Shown here in pieces: positions 11,101-25,100 of a DNA stretch of 64,000 nucleotides (within the stretch, counting starts at the first letter, position 1; every line of letters begins with the position of its first letter). The notes beneath the pieces are model-generated. The model made no database searches. It saw only the letters and a program-made list of their open reading frames with translations, and was not told the origin of the DNA. The DNA comes from Antedon mediterranea (lineage: Eukaryota; Animalia; Echinodermata), in the NCBI RefSeq assembly GCF_964355755.1, contig NC_092675.1, forward strand, positions 13,612,912 to 13,676,911. Direction: 5' to 3'. The position numbers and the translations under genes were made by a program.

Positions 11101-13850
11101 AAAAACATCAAAGAGCACAAAATAGCTTAATATCGTATTTAAAAACGTTTTAGACCATTTTGAGCATTTAGACAAAACTTTTTCACACAAAACACCAAAG
11201 TGCTTAGAATAGCTTCAAATCGCATTTGGAGACGTTTTAGACCATTTTGTGCATTTCGATGAAACTTGGTTACACAAAAACATCAAAGTGCTTAAAATCA
11301 CATTATAAATCGTTTTAGACCATTTTGAGCATTTCGACAAAACTTTTTCACACAAAATACCAAAGTGCTTAGAATAGCTTCAAATCGCATTTGGAGACGT
11401 TTTAGACCATTTTGTGATTTTCGAAAAAACTTTTTAACATAAAAACACCAAAGTGCTTAGAATAGCTTCAAATCACATTTGGAGACGTTTTAGACCATAA
11501 GTGCTTAGAATCACATTATAAACCGTTTTAGACCATTTTGAGCATTTCGATAACAATTTTCACACAAAAACATCAAAGAGCACAAAATAGCTTAATATCG
11601 TATTTAAAAACGTTTTAGACCATTTTGAGCATTTAGACAAAACTTTTTCACACAAAACACCAAAGTGCTTAGAATAGCTTCAAATCGCATTTGGAGACGT
11701 TTTAGACCAATTTGTGATTTTTGAAAAAACTTGTTAACATAAAAACACCAAAGTGCTTAGAATAGCTTCAAATCACATTTGGAGACGTTTTAGACCATTT
11801 TGTGATTTTGAACAAACTTGTTAACATAAAAACACCAAAGTGCTTAGAATAGCTTCAAATCGCATTTGGCGACGTTTTAGACCATTTTGTGATTTTCGAA
11901 AAAACTTGTTAACATAAAAACACCAAAGTGCTTAGAATAGCTTCAAATCGTATTTGGAGACGTTTTAGATCATTTTGAGATTTTCGAAAAAACTTGGTTA
12001 CACAAAAACATCAAAGTGCTTAAAATAACATTCTAAACCGTTTTAGACCATTTTGAGCATTTCGATAACACTTTTCACACAAAAACATCAAAGAGCACAA
12101 AATAGCTTAATATCGTATTTAAAAACGTTTTAGACCATTTTGAGCATTTCGACAAAACTTTTTCACACAAAACACCAAAGTGCTTAGAATAGCTTCAAAT
12201 CGCATTTGGGGACGTTTTAGACCAATTTGTGCATTTCGATGAAACTTGATTACACAAAAACATCAAAGTGTTTAAAATCACATTATAAACCGTTTTAGAC
12301 CATTTTGAGCATTTCGATAACACTTTTCACACAAAAACATCAAAGAGCACAAAATAGCTTAATATCGTATTTAAAAACGTTTTAGACCATTTTGAGCATT
12401 TAGACAAAACTTTTTCACACAAAACACCAAAGTGCTTAGAATAGCTTCAAATCGCATTTGGAGACGTTTTAGACCATTTTGTGCATTTCGATGAAAGTTG
12501 GTTACACAAAAACATCAAAGTGCTTAAAATCACATTATAAATCGTTTTAGACCATTTTGAGCATTTCGACAAAACTTTTTCACACAAAATACCAAAGTGC
12601 TTAGAATAGCTTCAAATCGCATTTGGAGACGTTTTAGACCATTTTGTGATTTTCGAAAAAACTTTTTAACATAAAAACACCAAAGTGCTTAGAATAGCTT
12701 CAAATCACATTTGGAGACGTTTTAGACCATAAGTGCTTAGAATCACATTATAAACCGTTTTAGACCATTTTGAGCATTTCGATAACAATTTTAACACAAA
12801 AACATCAAAGAGCACAAAATAGCTTAATATCGTATTTAAAAATGTTTTAGACCATTTTGAGCATTTAGATAAAACTTTTTCACACAAAACACCAAAGTGC
12901 TTAGAATAGCTTCAAATCGCATTTGAAGACGTTTTAGACCAATTTGTGATTTTTGAAAAAACTTGTTAACATAAAAACACCAAAGTGCTTAGAATAGCTT
13001 CAAATCACATTTGGAGACGTTTTAGCCCATTTTGTGATTTTGAACAAACTTGTTAACATAAAAACACCAAAGTGCTTAGAATAGCTTCAAATCGCATTTG
13101 GAGACGTCTTAGACCATTTTGTGATTTTCGAAAAAACTTGTTAACATAAAAACACCAAAGTGCTTAAAATCACATTATAAACCGTTTTAGACCATTTTGA
13201 GTATTTCGATAACACTTTTCACACAAAAACATCAAAGAGCACAAAATAGCTTAATATCGTATTTAAAAACGTTTTAGACCATTTTGAGCATTTCGACAAA
13301 ACTTTTTCACACAAAACACCAAAGTGCTTAGAATAGCTTCAAATCGCATTTGGAGACGTTTTAGACCAATTTGTGCATTTCGATGAAACTTGATTACACA
13401 AAAACATCAAAGTGCTTAAAATCACATTATAAACCGTTTTAGACCATTTTGAGCATTTCGATAACACTTTTCACACAAAAACATCAAAGAGCACAAAATA
13501 GCTTAATATCGTATTTAAAAACGTTTTAGACCATTTTGAGCATTTAGACAAAACTTTTTCACACAAAACACCAAAGTGCTTAGAATAGCTTCAAATCGCA
13601 TTTGGAGACGTTTTAGACCATTTTGTGCATTTCGATGAAACTTGGTTACACAAAAACATCAAAGTGCTTAAAATCACATTATAAATCGTTTTAGACCATT
13701 TTGAGCATTTCGACAAAACTTTTTCACACAAAATACCAAAGTGCTTAGAATAGCTTCAAATCGCATTTCGAGACGTTTTAGACCATTTTGTGATTTTCGA
13801 AAAAACTTTTTAACATAAAAACACCAAAGTGCTTAGAATAGCTTCAAATC
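4900..13850 (+). repeat. ~4.5-kb tandem duplication (offset 4529 bp; 4363 bp in its left part)
   Basis: The GGCGAC variant at 7341/11870, the GGGGAC variant at 7681/12210 and the ORF copies at 8176/12705 are all offset by 4529. CCAAAGGATT at 5801/10164 is offset by 4363. Edges approximate. Confidence 0.87.
6962..6999 (+). repeat. Truncated 38-bp monomer (40-bp deletion in a B-type monomer): TAGACCATAAGTGCTTAGAATCACATTATAAACCGTTT; 7 copies seen
   Basis: The identical junction GACCAT|AAGTGC occurs in monomers starting at 6962, 8194, 11491, 12723, 34487, 35379 and 56808. Confidence 0.9.
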
Positions 13851-15930
13851 ACATTTGGAGACATTTTAGACCATTTTGTGATTTTCGAAAAAACTTGTTA
13901 ACATAAAAACACGAAAGTGCTTAGAATAGCTTCAAATCGCATTTGGAAACGTTTTAGACCATTTTGTGATTTTCGAAAAAAATTGTTAACATAAAAACAC
14001 CAAAGTGCTTAGAATCACATTATAAACCGTTTTAGACCATTTTGAGCATTTCGATAACAATTTTCACACAAAAACATCAAAGAGCACAAAATAGCTTAAT
14101 ATCGTATTTAAAAATGTTTTAGACCATTTTGAGCATTTAGATAAAACTTTTTCACACAAAACACCAAAGTGCTTAGAATAGCTTCAAATCGCATTTGGAA
14201 ACGTTTTAGACCATTTTGTGATTTTCGAAAAAAATTGTTAACATAAAAACACCAAAGTGCTTAGAATCACATTATAAACCGTTTTAGACCAATTTGAGCA
14301 TTTCGATAACAATTTTCACACAAAAACATCAAAGAGCACAAAATAGCTTAATATCGTATTTAAAAATGTTTTAGACCATTTTGAGCATTTAGATAAAACT
14401 TTTTCACACAAAACACCAAAGTGCTTAGAATAGCTTCAAATCGCATTTGGAGACGTTTTAGACCATTTTGTGATTTTTGAAAAAAACTTGTTAACATAAA
14501 AACACCAAAGTGCTTAGAATAGCTTCAAATCACATTTGGAGACGTTTTAGACCATTTTGTGATTTTCGAAAAAACTTTTTAACATAAAAACACCAAAGTG
14601 CTTAGAATAGCTTCAAATCACATTTGGAGACGTTTTAGACCATTTTGTGATTTTTGAAAAAACTTGTTAACATAAAAACACGAAAGTGCTTAGAATAGCT
14701 TCAAATCGCATTTGGAAACGTTTTAGACCATTTTGTGATTTTCGAAAAAGATTGTTAACATAAAAACACCAAAGTGTTTAGAATAGCTTCAAATCGCATT
14801 TGGAGACGGTTTAGACCATTTTGTGATTTTGAAAAAACTTGTTAACATAAAAACACCAAAGTGCTTAGAATAGCTTCAAATCGCATTTGGAGACGTTTTA
14901 GACCATTTTGTGATTTTCGAAAAAACTTGTTAACATAAAAACACCAAAGTGCTTAGAATAGCTTCAAATCGTATTTGGAGACGTTTTAGACCATTTTGAG
15001 ATTTTCGAAAAAACTTGGTTACACAAAAACATCAAAGTGCTTAAAATCACATTATAAACCGTTTTAGACCATTTTGAGCATTTCGATAACACTTTTCACA
15101 CAAAAACATCAAAGAGCACAAAATAGCTTAATATCGTATTTAAAAACGTTTTAGACCATTTTGAGCATTTCGACACAACTTTTTCACACAAAACACCAAA
15201 GTGCTTAGAATAGCTTCAAATCGCATTTGGAGACGTTTTAGACCAATTTGTGCATTTCGATGAAACTTGATTACACAAAAACATCAAAGTGCTTAAAATC
15301 ACATTATAAACCGTTTTAGACCATTTTGAGCATTTCGATAACACTTTTCACACAAAAACATCAAAGAGCACAAAATAGCTTAATATCGTATTTAAAAATG
15401 TTTTAGACCATTTTGAGCATTTAGATAAAACTTTTTCACACAAAACACCAAAGTGCTTAGAATAGCTTCAAATCGCATTTGGAGACGTTTTAGACCATTT
15501 TGTGATTTTTGAAAAAACTTGTTAACATAAAAACACCAAAGTGCTTAGAATAGCTTCAAATCACATTTGGAGACGTTTTAGACCATTTTGTGATTTTCGA
15601 AAAAACTTGTTAACATAAAAACACGAAAGTGCTTAGAATAGCTTCAAATCGCATTTGGAAACGTTTTAGACCATTTTGTGATTTTCGAAAAAACTTGTTA
15701 ACATAAAAACACGAAAGTGCTTAGAATAGCTTCAAATCGCATTTGGAGACGTTTTAGACCATTTTGTGATTTTCGAAAAAACTTGTTAACATAAAAACAC
15801 GAAAGTGCTTAGAATAGCTTCAAATCACATTTGGAGACGTTTTAGACCATTTTGTGATTTTTGAAAAAACTTGTTAACATAAAAACACGAAAGTGCTTAG
15901 AATAGCTTCAAATCGCATTTGGAAACGTTT

Positions 15931-16008
15931 TAGACCAATTTGTGCATTTCGATGAAACTTGATTACACAAAAACATCAAAGTGCTTAAAATCACATTATA
16001 AACCGTTT
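15931..16008 (+). repeat. Class B monomer, 78 bp (example); lacks 10 bp in the GCTTAGAATAGCTTCAAATC region and ends ...GTGCTTAAAATCACATTATAAACCGTTT
   Basis: TAGACC at 15931 and 16009, a 78-bp step; the same step occurs at 441->519. Confidence 0.93.
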
Positions 16009-16095
16009 TAGACCATTTTGAGCATTTCGATAACACTTTTCACACAAAAACATTAAAGAGCACAAAATAGCTTAATATCGTATTTAAAAACGTTT
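16009..16095 (+). repeat. Class C monomer, 87 bp (example); the most divergent class, with diagnostic AAAGAGCACAAAATAGCTTAATATCGTATTTAAAAA
   Basis: TAGACC at 16009 and 16096, an 87-bp step. It almost always follows a B monomer. Confidence 0.93.
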
Positions 16096-16182
16096 TAGAC
16101 CATTTTGAGCATTTAGACAAAACTTTTTCACACAAAACACCAAAGTGCTTAGAATAGCTTCAAATCGCATTTGGAGACGTTT
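16096..16182 (+). repeat. Class D monomer, 87 bp (example); C-like left half (GAGCATTT(A/C)GA(C/T)AAAACTTTTTCACACAAAA) joined to an A-like right half
   Basis: TAGACC at 16096 and 16183, an 87-bp step. B+C+D forms a 252-bp trimer. Confidence 0.92.
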
Positions 16183-19100
16183 TAGACCATTTTGTGCATT
16201 TCGATGAAACTTGGTTACACAAAAACATCAAAGTGCTTAAAATCACATTATAAATCGTTTTAGACCATTTTGAGCATTTCGACAAAACTTTTTCACACAA
16301 AATACCAAAGTGCTTAGAATAGCTTCAAATCGCATTTCGAGACGTTTTAGACCATTTTGTGATTTTCGAAAAAACTTTTTAACATAAAAACACCAAAGTG
16401 CTTAGAATAGCTTCAAATCACATTTGGAGACATTTTAGACCATTTTGTGATTTTCAAAAAAACTTGTTAACATAAAAACACGAAAGTTCTTAGAATAGCT
16501 TCAAATCGCATTTGGAAACGTTTTAGACCATTTTGTGATTTTCGAAAAAAATTGTTAACATAAAAACACCAAAGTGCTTAGAATCACATTATAAACCGTT
16601 TTAGACCATTTTGAGCATTTCGATAACAATTTTCACACAAAAACATCAAAGAGCACAAAATAGCTTAATATCGTATTTAAAAATGTTTTAGACCATTTTG
16701 AGCATTTAGATAAAACTTTTTCACACAAAACACCAAAGTGCTTAGAATAGCTTCAAATCGCATTTGGAGACGTTTTAGACCATTTTGTGATTTTTGAAAA
16801 AACTTGTTAACATAAAAACACCAAAGTGCTTAGAATAGCTTCAAATCACATTTTGATACGTTTTAGCCCATTTTGTGATTTTCGAAAAAACATGTTAACA
16901 TAAAAACACGAAAGTGCTTAGAATAGCTTCAAATCACATTTGGAGACGTTTTAGACCATTTTGTGATTTTTGAAAAAACTTGTTAACATAAAAACACGAA
17001 AGTGCTTAGAATAGCTTCAAATCGCATTTGGAAACGTTTTAGACCATTTTGTGATTTTCGAAAAAGATTGTTAACATAAAAACACCAAAGTGCTTAGAAT
17101 CACATTATAAACCGTTTTAGACCATTTTGAGCATTTCGATAACAATTTTCACACAAAAACATCAAAGAGCACAAAATAGCTTAATATCGTATTTAAAAAT
17201 GTTTTAGACCATTTTGAGCATTTAGATAAAACTTTTTCACACAAAACACCAAAGTGCTTAGAATAGCTTCAAATCGCATTTGGAGACGGTTTAGACCATT
17301 TTGTGATTTTGAAAAAACTTGTTAACATAAAAACACCAAAGTGCTTAGAATAGCTTCAAATCGCATTTGGAGACGTTTTAGACCATTTTGTGATTTTCGA
17401 AAAAACTTGTTAACATAAAAACACCAAAGTGCTTAGAATAGCTTCAAATCGTATTTGGAGACGTTTTAGACCATTTTGAGATTTTCGAAAAAACTTGGTT
17501 ACACAAAAACATCAAAGTGCTTAAAATCACATTATAAACCGTTTTAGACCATTTTGAGCATTTCGATAACACTTTTCACACAAAAACATCAAAGAGCACA
17601 AAATAGCTTAATATCGTATTTAAAAACGTTTTAGACCATTTTGAGCATTTCGACAAAACTTTTTCACACAAAACACCAAAGTGCTTAGAATAGCTTCAAA
17701 TCGCATTTGGAGACGTTTTAGACCAATTTGTGATTTTTGAAAAAACTTGTTAACATAAAAACACCAAAGTGCTTAGAATAGCTTCAAATCACATTTGGAG
17801 ACGTTTTAGACCATTTTGTGATTTTCGAAAAAACTTGTTAACATAAAAACACGAAAGTGCTTAGAATAGCTTCAAATCGCATTTGGAGACGTTTTAGAAC
17901 ATTTTGTGTTTTTCGAAAAAAACTGTTAACATAAAAACACCAAAGTGCTTAGAATAGCTTAAAATCGCATTTGGAGACGTTTTAGACCATTTTTTGATTT
18001 TTGAAAAAACTTGTTAACATAAAAACACCAAAGTGCTTAGAATAGCTTCAAATCACATTTGGAGACGTTTTAGACCATTTTGTGATTTTCGAAAAAAATT
18101 GTTGACATAAAAACACCAAAGTGCTTAGAATCACATTATAAACCGTTTTAGACCATTTTGAGCATTTCGATAAAAATTTTCACAAAAAAACATCAAAGAG
18201 CACAAAATAGCTTAATATCGTATTTAAAAATGTTTTAGACCATTTTGAGCATTTAGATAAAACTTTTTCACACAAAACACCAAAGTGCTTAGAATAGCTT
18301 CAAATCGCATTTGGAGACGTTTTAGACCATTTTGTGATTTTTGAAAAAACTTGTTAACATAAAAACACCAAAGTGCTTAGAATAGCTTCAAATCACATTT
18401 GGAGACGTTTTAGACCATTTTGTGATTTTCGAAAAAACTTGTTAACATAAAAACACGAAAGTGCTTAGAATAGCTTCAAATCGCATTTGGAAACGTTTTA
18501 GACCATTTTGTGATTTTCGAAAAAACTTGTTAACATAAAAACACGAAAGTGCTTAGAATAGCTTCAAATCGCATTTGGAGACGTTTTAGACCATTTTGTG
18601 ATTTTCGAAAAAAACTTGTTAACATAAAAACACGAAAGTGCTTAGAATAGCTTCAAATCACATTTGGAGACGTTTTAGACCATTTTGTGATTTTTGAAAA
18701 AACTTGTTAACATAAAAACACGAAAGTGCTTAGAACAGCTTCAAATCGCATTTGGAAACGTTTTAGACCAATTTGTGCATTTCGATGAAACTTGATTACA
18801 CAAAAACACCAAAGGATTTAGAATAGCTTCAAATCGCATTTGGAGACGTTTTAGACCATTTTGTGATTTTGAAAAAACTTGTTAACATAAAAACACCAAA
18901 GTGCTTAGAATAGCTTCAAATCGCATTTGGAGACGTTTTAGACCATTTTGTGATTTTCGAAAAAACTTGTTAACATAAAAACACCAAAGTGCTTAGAATA
19001 GCTTCAAATCGTATTTGGAGACGTTTTAGACCATTTTGAGATTTTCGAAAAAACTTGGTTACACAAAAACATCAAAGTGCTTAAAATCACATTATAAACC

Positions 19101-22100
19101 GTTTTAGACCATTTTGAGCATTTCGATAACACTTTTCACACAAAAACATCAAAGAGCACAAAATAGCTTAATATCGTATTTAAAAACGTTTTAGACCATT
19201 TTGAGCATTTCGACAAAACTTTTTCACACAAAACACCAAAGTGCTTAGAATAGCTTCAAATCGCATTTGGAGACGTTTTAGACCAATTTGTGATTTTTGA
19301 AAAAACTTGTTAACATAAAAACACCAAAGTGTTTAGAATAGCTTCAAATCGCATTTGGAGACGTTTTAGACCAATTTGTGATTTTCGAAAAAACTTATCA
19401 ACATAAAAACACCAAAGGGTTTAGAATAGCTTCAAATCGCATTTGGAGACGTTTTAGACCATTTTGTGATTTTGAAAAAACTTGTTAACATAAAAACACC
19501 AAAGTGCTTAGAATAGCTTCAAATCGCATTTGGAGACGTTTTAGACCATTTTGTGATTTTCGAAAAAACTTGTTAACATAAAAACACCAAAGTGCTTAGA
19601 ATAGCTTCAAATCGTATTTGGAGACGTTTTAGACCATTTTGAGATTTTCGAAAAAAGTTGGTTACACAAAAACATCAAAGTGCTTAAAATCACATTATAA
19701 ACCGTTTTAGACCATTTTGAGCATTTCGGTAACACTTTTCACACAAAAACATCAAAGAGCACAAAATAGCTTAATATCGTATTTAAAAACGTTTTAGACC
19801 ATTTTGAGCATTTAGACAAAACTTTTTCACACAAAACACCAAAGTGCTTAGAATAGCTTCAAATCGCATTTGGAGACGTTTTAGACCATTTTGTGCATTT
19901 CGATGAAACTTGGTTACACAAAAACATCAAAGTGCTTAAAATCACATTATAAATCGTTTTAGACCATTTTGAGCATTTCGACAAAACTTTTTCACACAAA
20001 ATACCAAAGTGCTTAGAATAGCTTCAAATCGCATTTGGAGACGTTTTAGACCATTTTGTGATTTTCGAAAAAACTTTTTAACATAAAAACACCAAAGTGC
20101 TTAGAATAGCTTCAAATCACATTTGGAGACGTTTTAGACCAATTTGTGATTTTCGAAAAAACTTATCAACATAAAAACACCAAAGGGTTTAGAATAGCTT
20201 CAAATCGCATTTGGAGACGTTTTAGACCATTTTGTGATTTTGAAAAAACTTGTTAACATAAAAACACGAAAGTGCTTAGAATAGCTTCAAATCGCATTTG
20301 GAGACGTTTTAGACCATTTTGTGATTTTCGAAAAAACTTGTTAACATAAAAACACGAAAGTGCTTAGAATAGCTTCAAATCACATTTGGAGACGTTTTAG
20401 ACTATTTTGTGATTTTTGAAAAAACTTAACATAAAAACACGAAAGTGCTTAGAATAGCTTCAAATCGCATTTGGAAACGTTTTAGACCAATTTGTGCATT
20501 TCGATGAAACTTGATTACACAAAAACATCAAAGTGCTTAAAATCACATTATAAACCGTTTTAGACCATTTTGAGCATTTCGATAACACTTTTCACACAAA
20601 AACATTAAAGAGCACAAAATAGCTTAATATCGTATTTAAAAACGTTTTAGACCATTTTGAGCATTTAGACAAAACTTTTTCACACAAAACACCAAAGTGC
20701 TTAGAATAGCTTCAAATCGCATTTGGAGACGTTTTAGACCATTTTGTGCATTTCGATGAAACTTGGTTACACAAAAACATCAAAGTGCTTAAAATCACAT
20801 TATAAATCGTTTTAGACCATTTTGAGCATTTCGACAAAACTTTTTCACACAAAATACCAAAGTGCTTAGAATAGCTTCAAATCGCATTTCGAGACGTTTT
20901 AGACCATTTTGTGATTTTCGAAAAAACTTTTTAACATAAAAACACCAAAGTGCTTAGAATAGCTTCAAATCACATTTGGAGACATTTTAGACCATTTTGT
21001 GATTTTCAAAAAAACTTGTTAACATAAAAACACGAAAGTTCTTAGAATAGCTTCAAATCGCATTTGGAAACGTTTTAGACCATTTTGTGATTTTCGAAAA
21101 AAATTGTTAACATAAAAACACCAAAGTGCTTAGAATCACATTATAAACCGTTTTAGACCATTTTGAGCATTTCGATAACAATTTTCACACAAAAACATCA
21201 AAGAGCACAAAATAGCTTAATATCGTATTTAAAAATGTTTTAGACCATTTTGAGCATTTAGATAAAACTTTTTCACACAAAACACCAAAGTGCTTAGAAT
21301 AGCTTCAAATCGCATTTGGAGACGTTTTAGACCATTTTGTGATTTTTGAAAAAACTTGTTAACATAAAAACACCAAAGTGCTTAGAATAGCTTCAAATCA
21401 CATTTTGATACGTTTTAGCCCATTTTGTGATTTTCGAAAAAACATGTTAACATAAAAACACGAAAGTGCTTAGAATAGCTTCAAATCACATTTGGAGACG
21501 TTTTAGACCATTTTGTGATTTTTGAAAAAACTTGTTAACATAAAAACACGAAAGTGCTTAGAATAGCTTCAAATCGCATTTGGAAACGTTTTAGACCATT
21601 TTGTGATTTTCGAAAAAGATTGTTAACATAAAAACACCAAAGTGCTTAGAATCACATTATAAACCGTTTTAGACCATTTTGAGCATTTCGATAACAATTT
21701 TCACACAAAAACATCAAAGAGCACAAAATAGCTTAATATCGTATTTAAAAATGTTTTAGACCATTTTGAGCATTTAGATAAAACTTTTTCACACAAAACA
21801 CCAAAGTGCTTAGAATAGCTTCAAATCGCATTTGGAGACGGTTTAGACCATTTTGTGATTTTGAAAAAACTTGTTAACATAAAAACACCAAAGTGCTTAG
21901 AATAGCTTCAAATCGCATTTGGAGACGTTTTAGACCATTTTGTGATTTTCGAAAAAACTTGTTAACATAAAAACACCAAAGTGCTTAGAATAGCTTCAAA
22001 TCGTATTTGGAGACGTTTTAGACCATTTTGAGATTTTCGAAAAAACTTGGTTACACAAAAACATCAAAGTGCTTAAAATCACATTATAAACCGTTTTAGA

Positions 22101-25100
22101 CCATTTTGAGCATTTCGATAACACTTTTCACACAAAAACATCAAAGAGCACAAAATAGCTTAATATCGTATTTAAAAACGTTTTAGACCATTTTGAGCAT
22201 TTCGACAAAACTTTTTCACACAAAACACCAAAGTGCTTAGAATAGCTTCAAATCGCATTTGGAGACGTTTTAGACCAATTTGTGATTTTTGAAAAAACTT
22301 GTTAACATAAAAACACCAAAGTGCTTAGAATAGCTTCAAATCACATTTGGAGACGTTTTAGACCATTTTGTGATTTTCGAAAAAACTTGTTAACATAAAA
22401 ACACGAAAGTGCTTAGAATAGCTTCAAATCGCATTTGGAGACGTTTTAGAACATTTTGTGTTTTTCGAAAAAAACTGTTAACATAAAAACACCAAAGTGC
22501 TTAGAATAGCTTCAAATCGCATTTGGAGACGTTTTAGACCATTTTTTGATTTTTGAAAAAACTTGTTAACATAAAAACACCAAAGTGCTTAGAATAGCTT
22601 CAAATCACATTTGGAGACGTTTTAGACCATTTTGTGATTTTCGAAAAAAATTGTTGACATAAAAACACCAAAGTGCTTAGAATCACATTATAAACCGTTT
22701 TAGACCATTTTGAGCATTTCGATAAAAATTTTCACAAAAAAACATCAAAGAGCACAAAATAGCTTAATATCGTATTTAAAAATGTTTTAGACCATTTTGA
22801 GCATTTAGATAAAACTTTTTCACACAAAACACCAAAGTGCTTAGAATAGCTTCAAATCGCATTTGGAGACGTTTTAGACCATTTTGTGATTTTTGAAAAA
22901 ACTTGTTAACATAAAAACACCAAAGTGCTTAGAATAGCTTCAAATCACATTTGGAGACGTTTTAGACCATTTTGTGATTTTCGAAAAAACTTGTTAACAT
23001 AAAAACACGAAAGTGCTTAGAATAGCTTCAAATCGCATTTGGAAACGTTTTAGACCATTTTGTGATTTTCGAAAAAACTTGTTAACATAAAAACACGAAA
23101 GTGCTTAGAATAGCTTCAAATCGCATTTGGAGACGTTTTAGACCATTTTGTGATTTTCGAAAAAAACTTGTTAACATAAAAACACGAAAGTGCTTAGAAT
23201 AGCTTCAAATCACATTTGGAGACGTTTTAGACCATTTTGTGATTTTTGAAAAAACTTGTTAACATAAAAACACGAAAGTGCTTAGAACAGCTTCAAATCG
23301 CATTTGGAAACGTTTTAGACCAATTTGTGCATTTCGATGAAACTTGATTACACAAAAACACCAAAGGATTTAGAATAGCTTCAAATCGCATTTGGAGACG
23401 TTTTAGACCATTTTGTGATTTTGAAAAAACTTGTTAACATAAAAACACCAAAGTGCTTAGAATAGCTTCAAATCGCATTTGGAGACGTTTTAGACCATTT
23501 TGTGATTTTCGAAAAAACTTGTTAACATAAAAACACCAAAGTGCTTAGAATAGCTTCAAATCGTATTTGGAGACGTTTTAGACCATTTTGAGATTTTCGA
23601 AAAAACTTGGTTACACAAAAACATCAAAGTGCTTAAAATCACATTATAAACCGTTTTAGACCATTTTGAGTATTTCGATAACACTTTTCACACAAAAACA
23701 TCAAAGAGCACAAAATAGCTTAATATCGTATTTAAAAACGTTTTAGACCATTTTGAGCATTTCGACAAAACTTTTTCACACAAAACACCAAAGTGCTTAG
23801 AATAGCTTCAAATCGCATTTGGAGACGTTTTAGACCAATTTGTGCATTTCGATGAAACTTGATTACACAAAAACATCAAAGTGCTTAAAATCACATTATA
23901 AACCGTTTTAGACCATTTTGAGCATTTCGATAACACTTTTCACACAAAAACATCAAAGAGCACAAAATAGCTTAATATCGTATTTAAAAACGTTTTAGAC
24001 CATTTTGAGCATTTAGACAAAACTTTTTCACACAAAACACCAAAGTGCTTAGAAAAGCTTCAAATCGCATTTGGAGACGTTTTAGACCATTTTGTGCATT
24101 TCGATGGAACTTGGTTACACAAAAACATCAAAGTGCTTAAAATCACATTATAAATCGTTTTAGACCATTTTGAGCATTTCGACAAAACTTTTTCACACAA
24201 AATACAAAAGTGCTTAGAATAGCTTCAAATCGCATTTGGAGACGTTTTAGACCATTTTGTGATTTTCGAAAAAACTTTTTAACATAAAAACACCAAAGTG
24301 CTTAGAATAGCTTCAAATCACATTTGGAGACGTTTTAGACCATTTTGTGATTTTCGAAAAAACTTGTTAACATAAAAACACGAAAGTGCATAGAATAGCT
24401 TCAAATCGCATTTGGAAACGTTTTAGACCATTTTGTGATTTTCGAAAAAAATTGTTAACATAAAAACACCAAAGTGCTTAGAATCACATTATAAACCGTT
24501 TTAGACCATTTTGAGCATTTCGATAACAATTTTCACACAAAAACATCAAAGAGCACAAATTAGCTTAATATCGTATTTAAAAATGTTTTAGACCATTTTG
24601 AGCATTTAGATAAAACTTTTTCACACAAAACACCAAAGTGCTTAGAATAGCTTCAAATCGCATTTGGAGACGTTTTAGACCATTTTGTGATTTTTGAAAA
24701 AACTTGTTAACATAAAAACACCAAAGTGCTTAGAATAGCTTCAAATCACATTTGGAGACGTTTTAGACCATTTTGTGATTTTCGAAAAAACTTGTTAACA
24801 TAAAAACACGAAAGTGCTTAGAATAGCTTCAAATCGCATTTGGAAACGTTTTAGACCATTTTGTGATTTTCGAAAAAACTTGTTAACATAAAAACACGAA
24901 AGTGCTTAGAATAGCTTCAAATCGCATTTGGAGACGTTTTAGACCATTTTGTGATTTTCGAAAAAACTTGTTAACATAAAAACACGAAAGTGCTTAGAAT
25001 AGCTTCAAATCACATTTGGAGACGTTTTAGACCATTTTGTGATTTTTGAAAAAACTTGTTAACATAAAAACACGAAAGTGCTTAGAAAAACTTCAAATCG

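Larger units (their letters stand above)
15700..23840 (+). repeat. ~4.55-kb tandem duplication (offset 4552 bp), with a further partial copy about 4633 bp downstream
   Basis: ATTTTGATAC at 16850/21402 (and 26035), GTTTTAGAAC at 17891/22443 and CCAAAGGATT at 18809/23361. Edges approximate. Confidence 0.85.
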
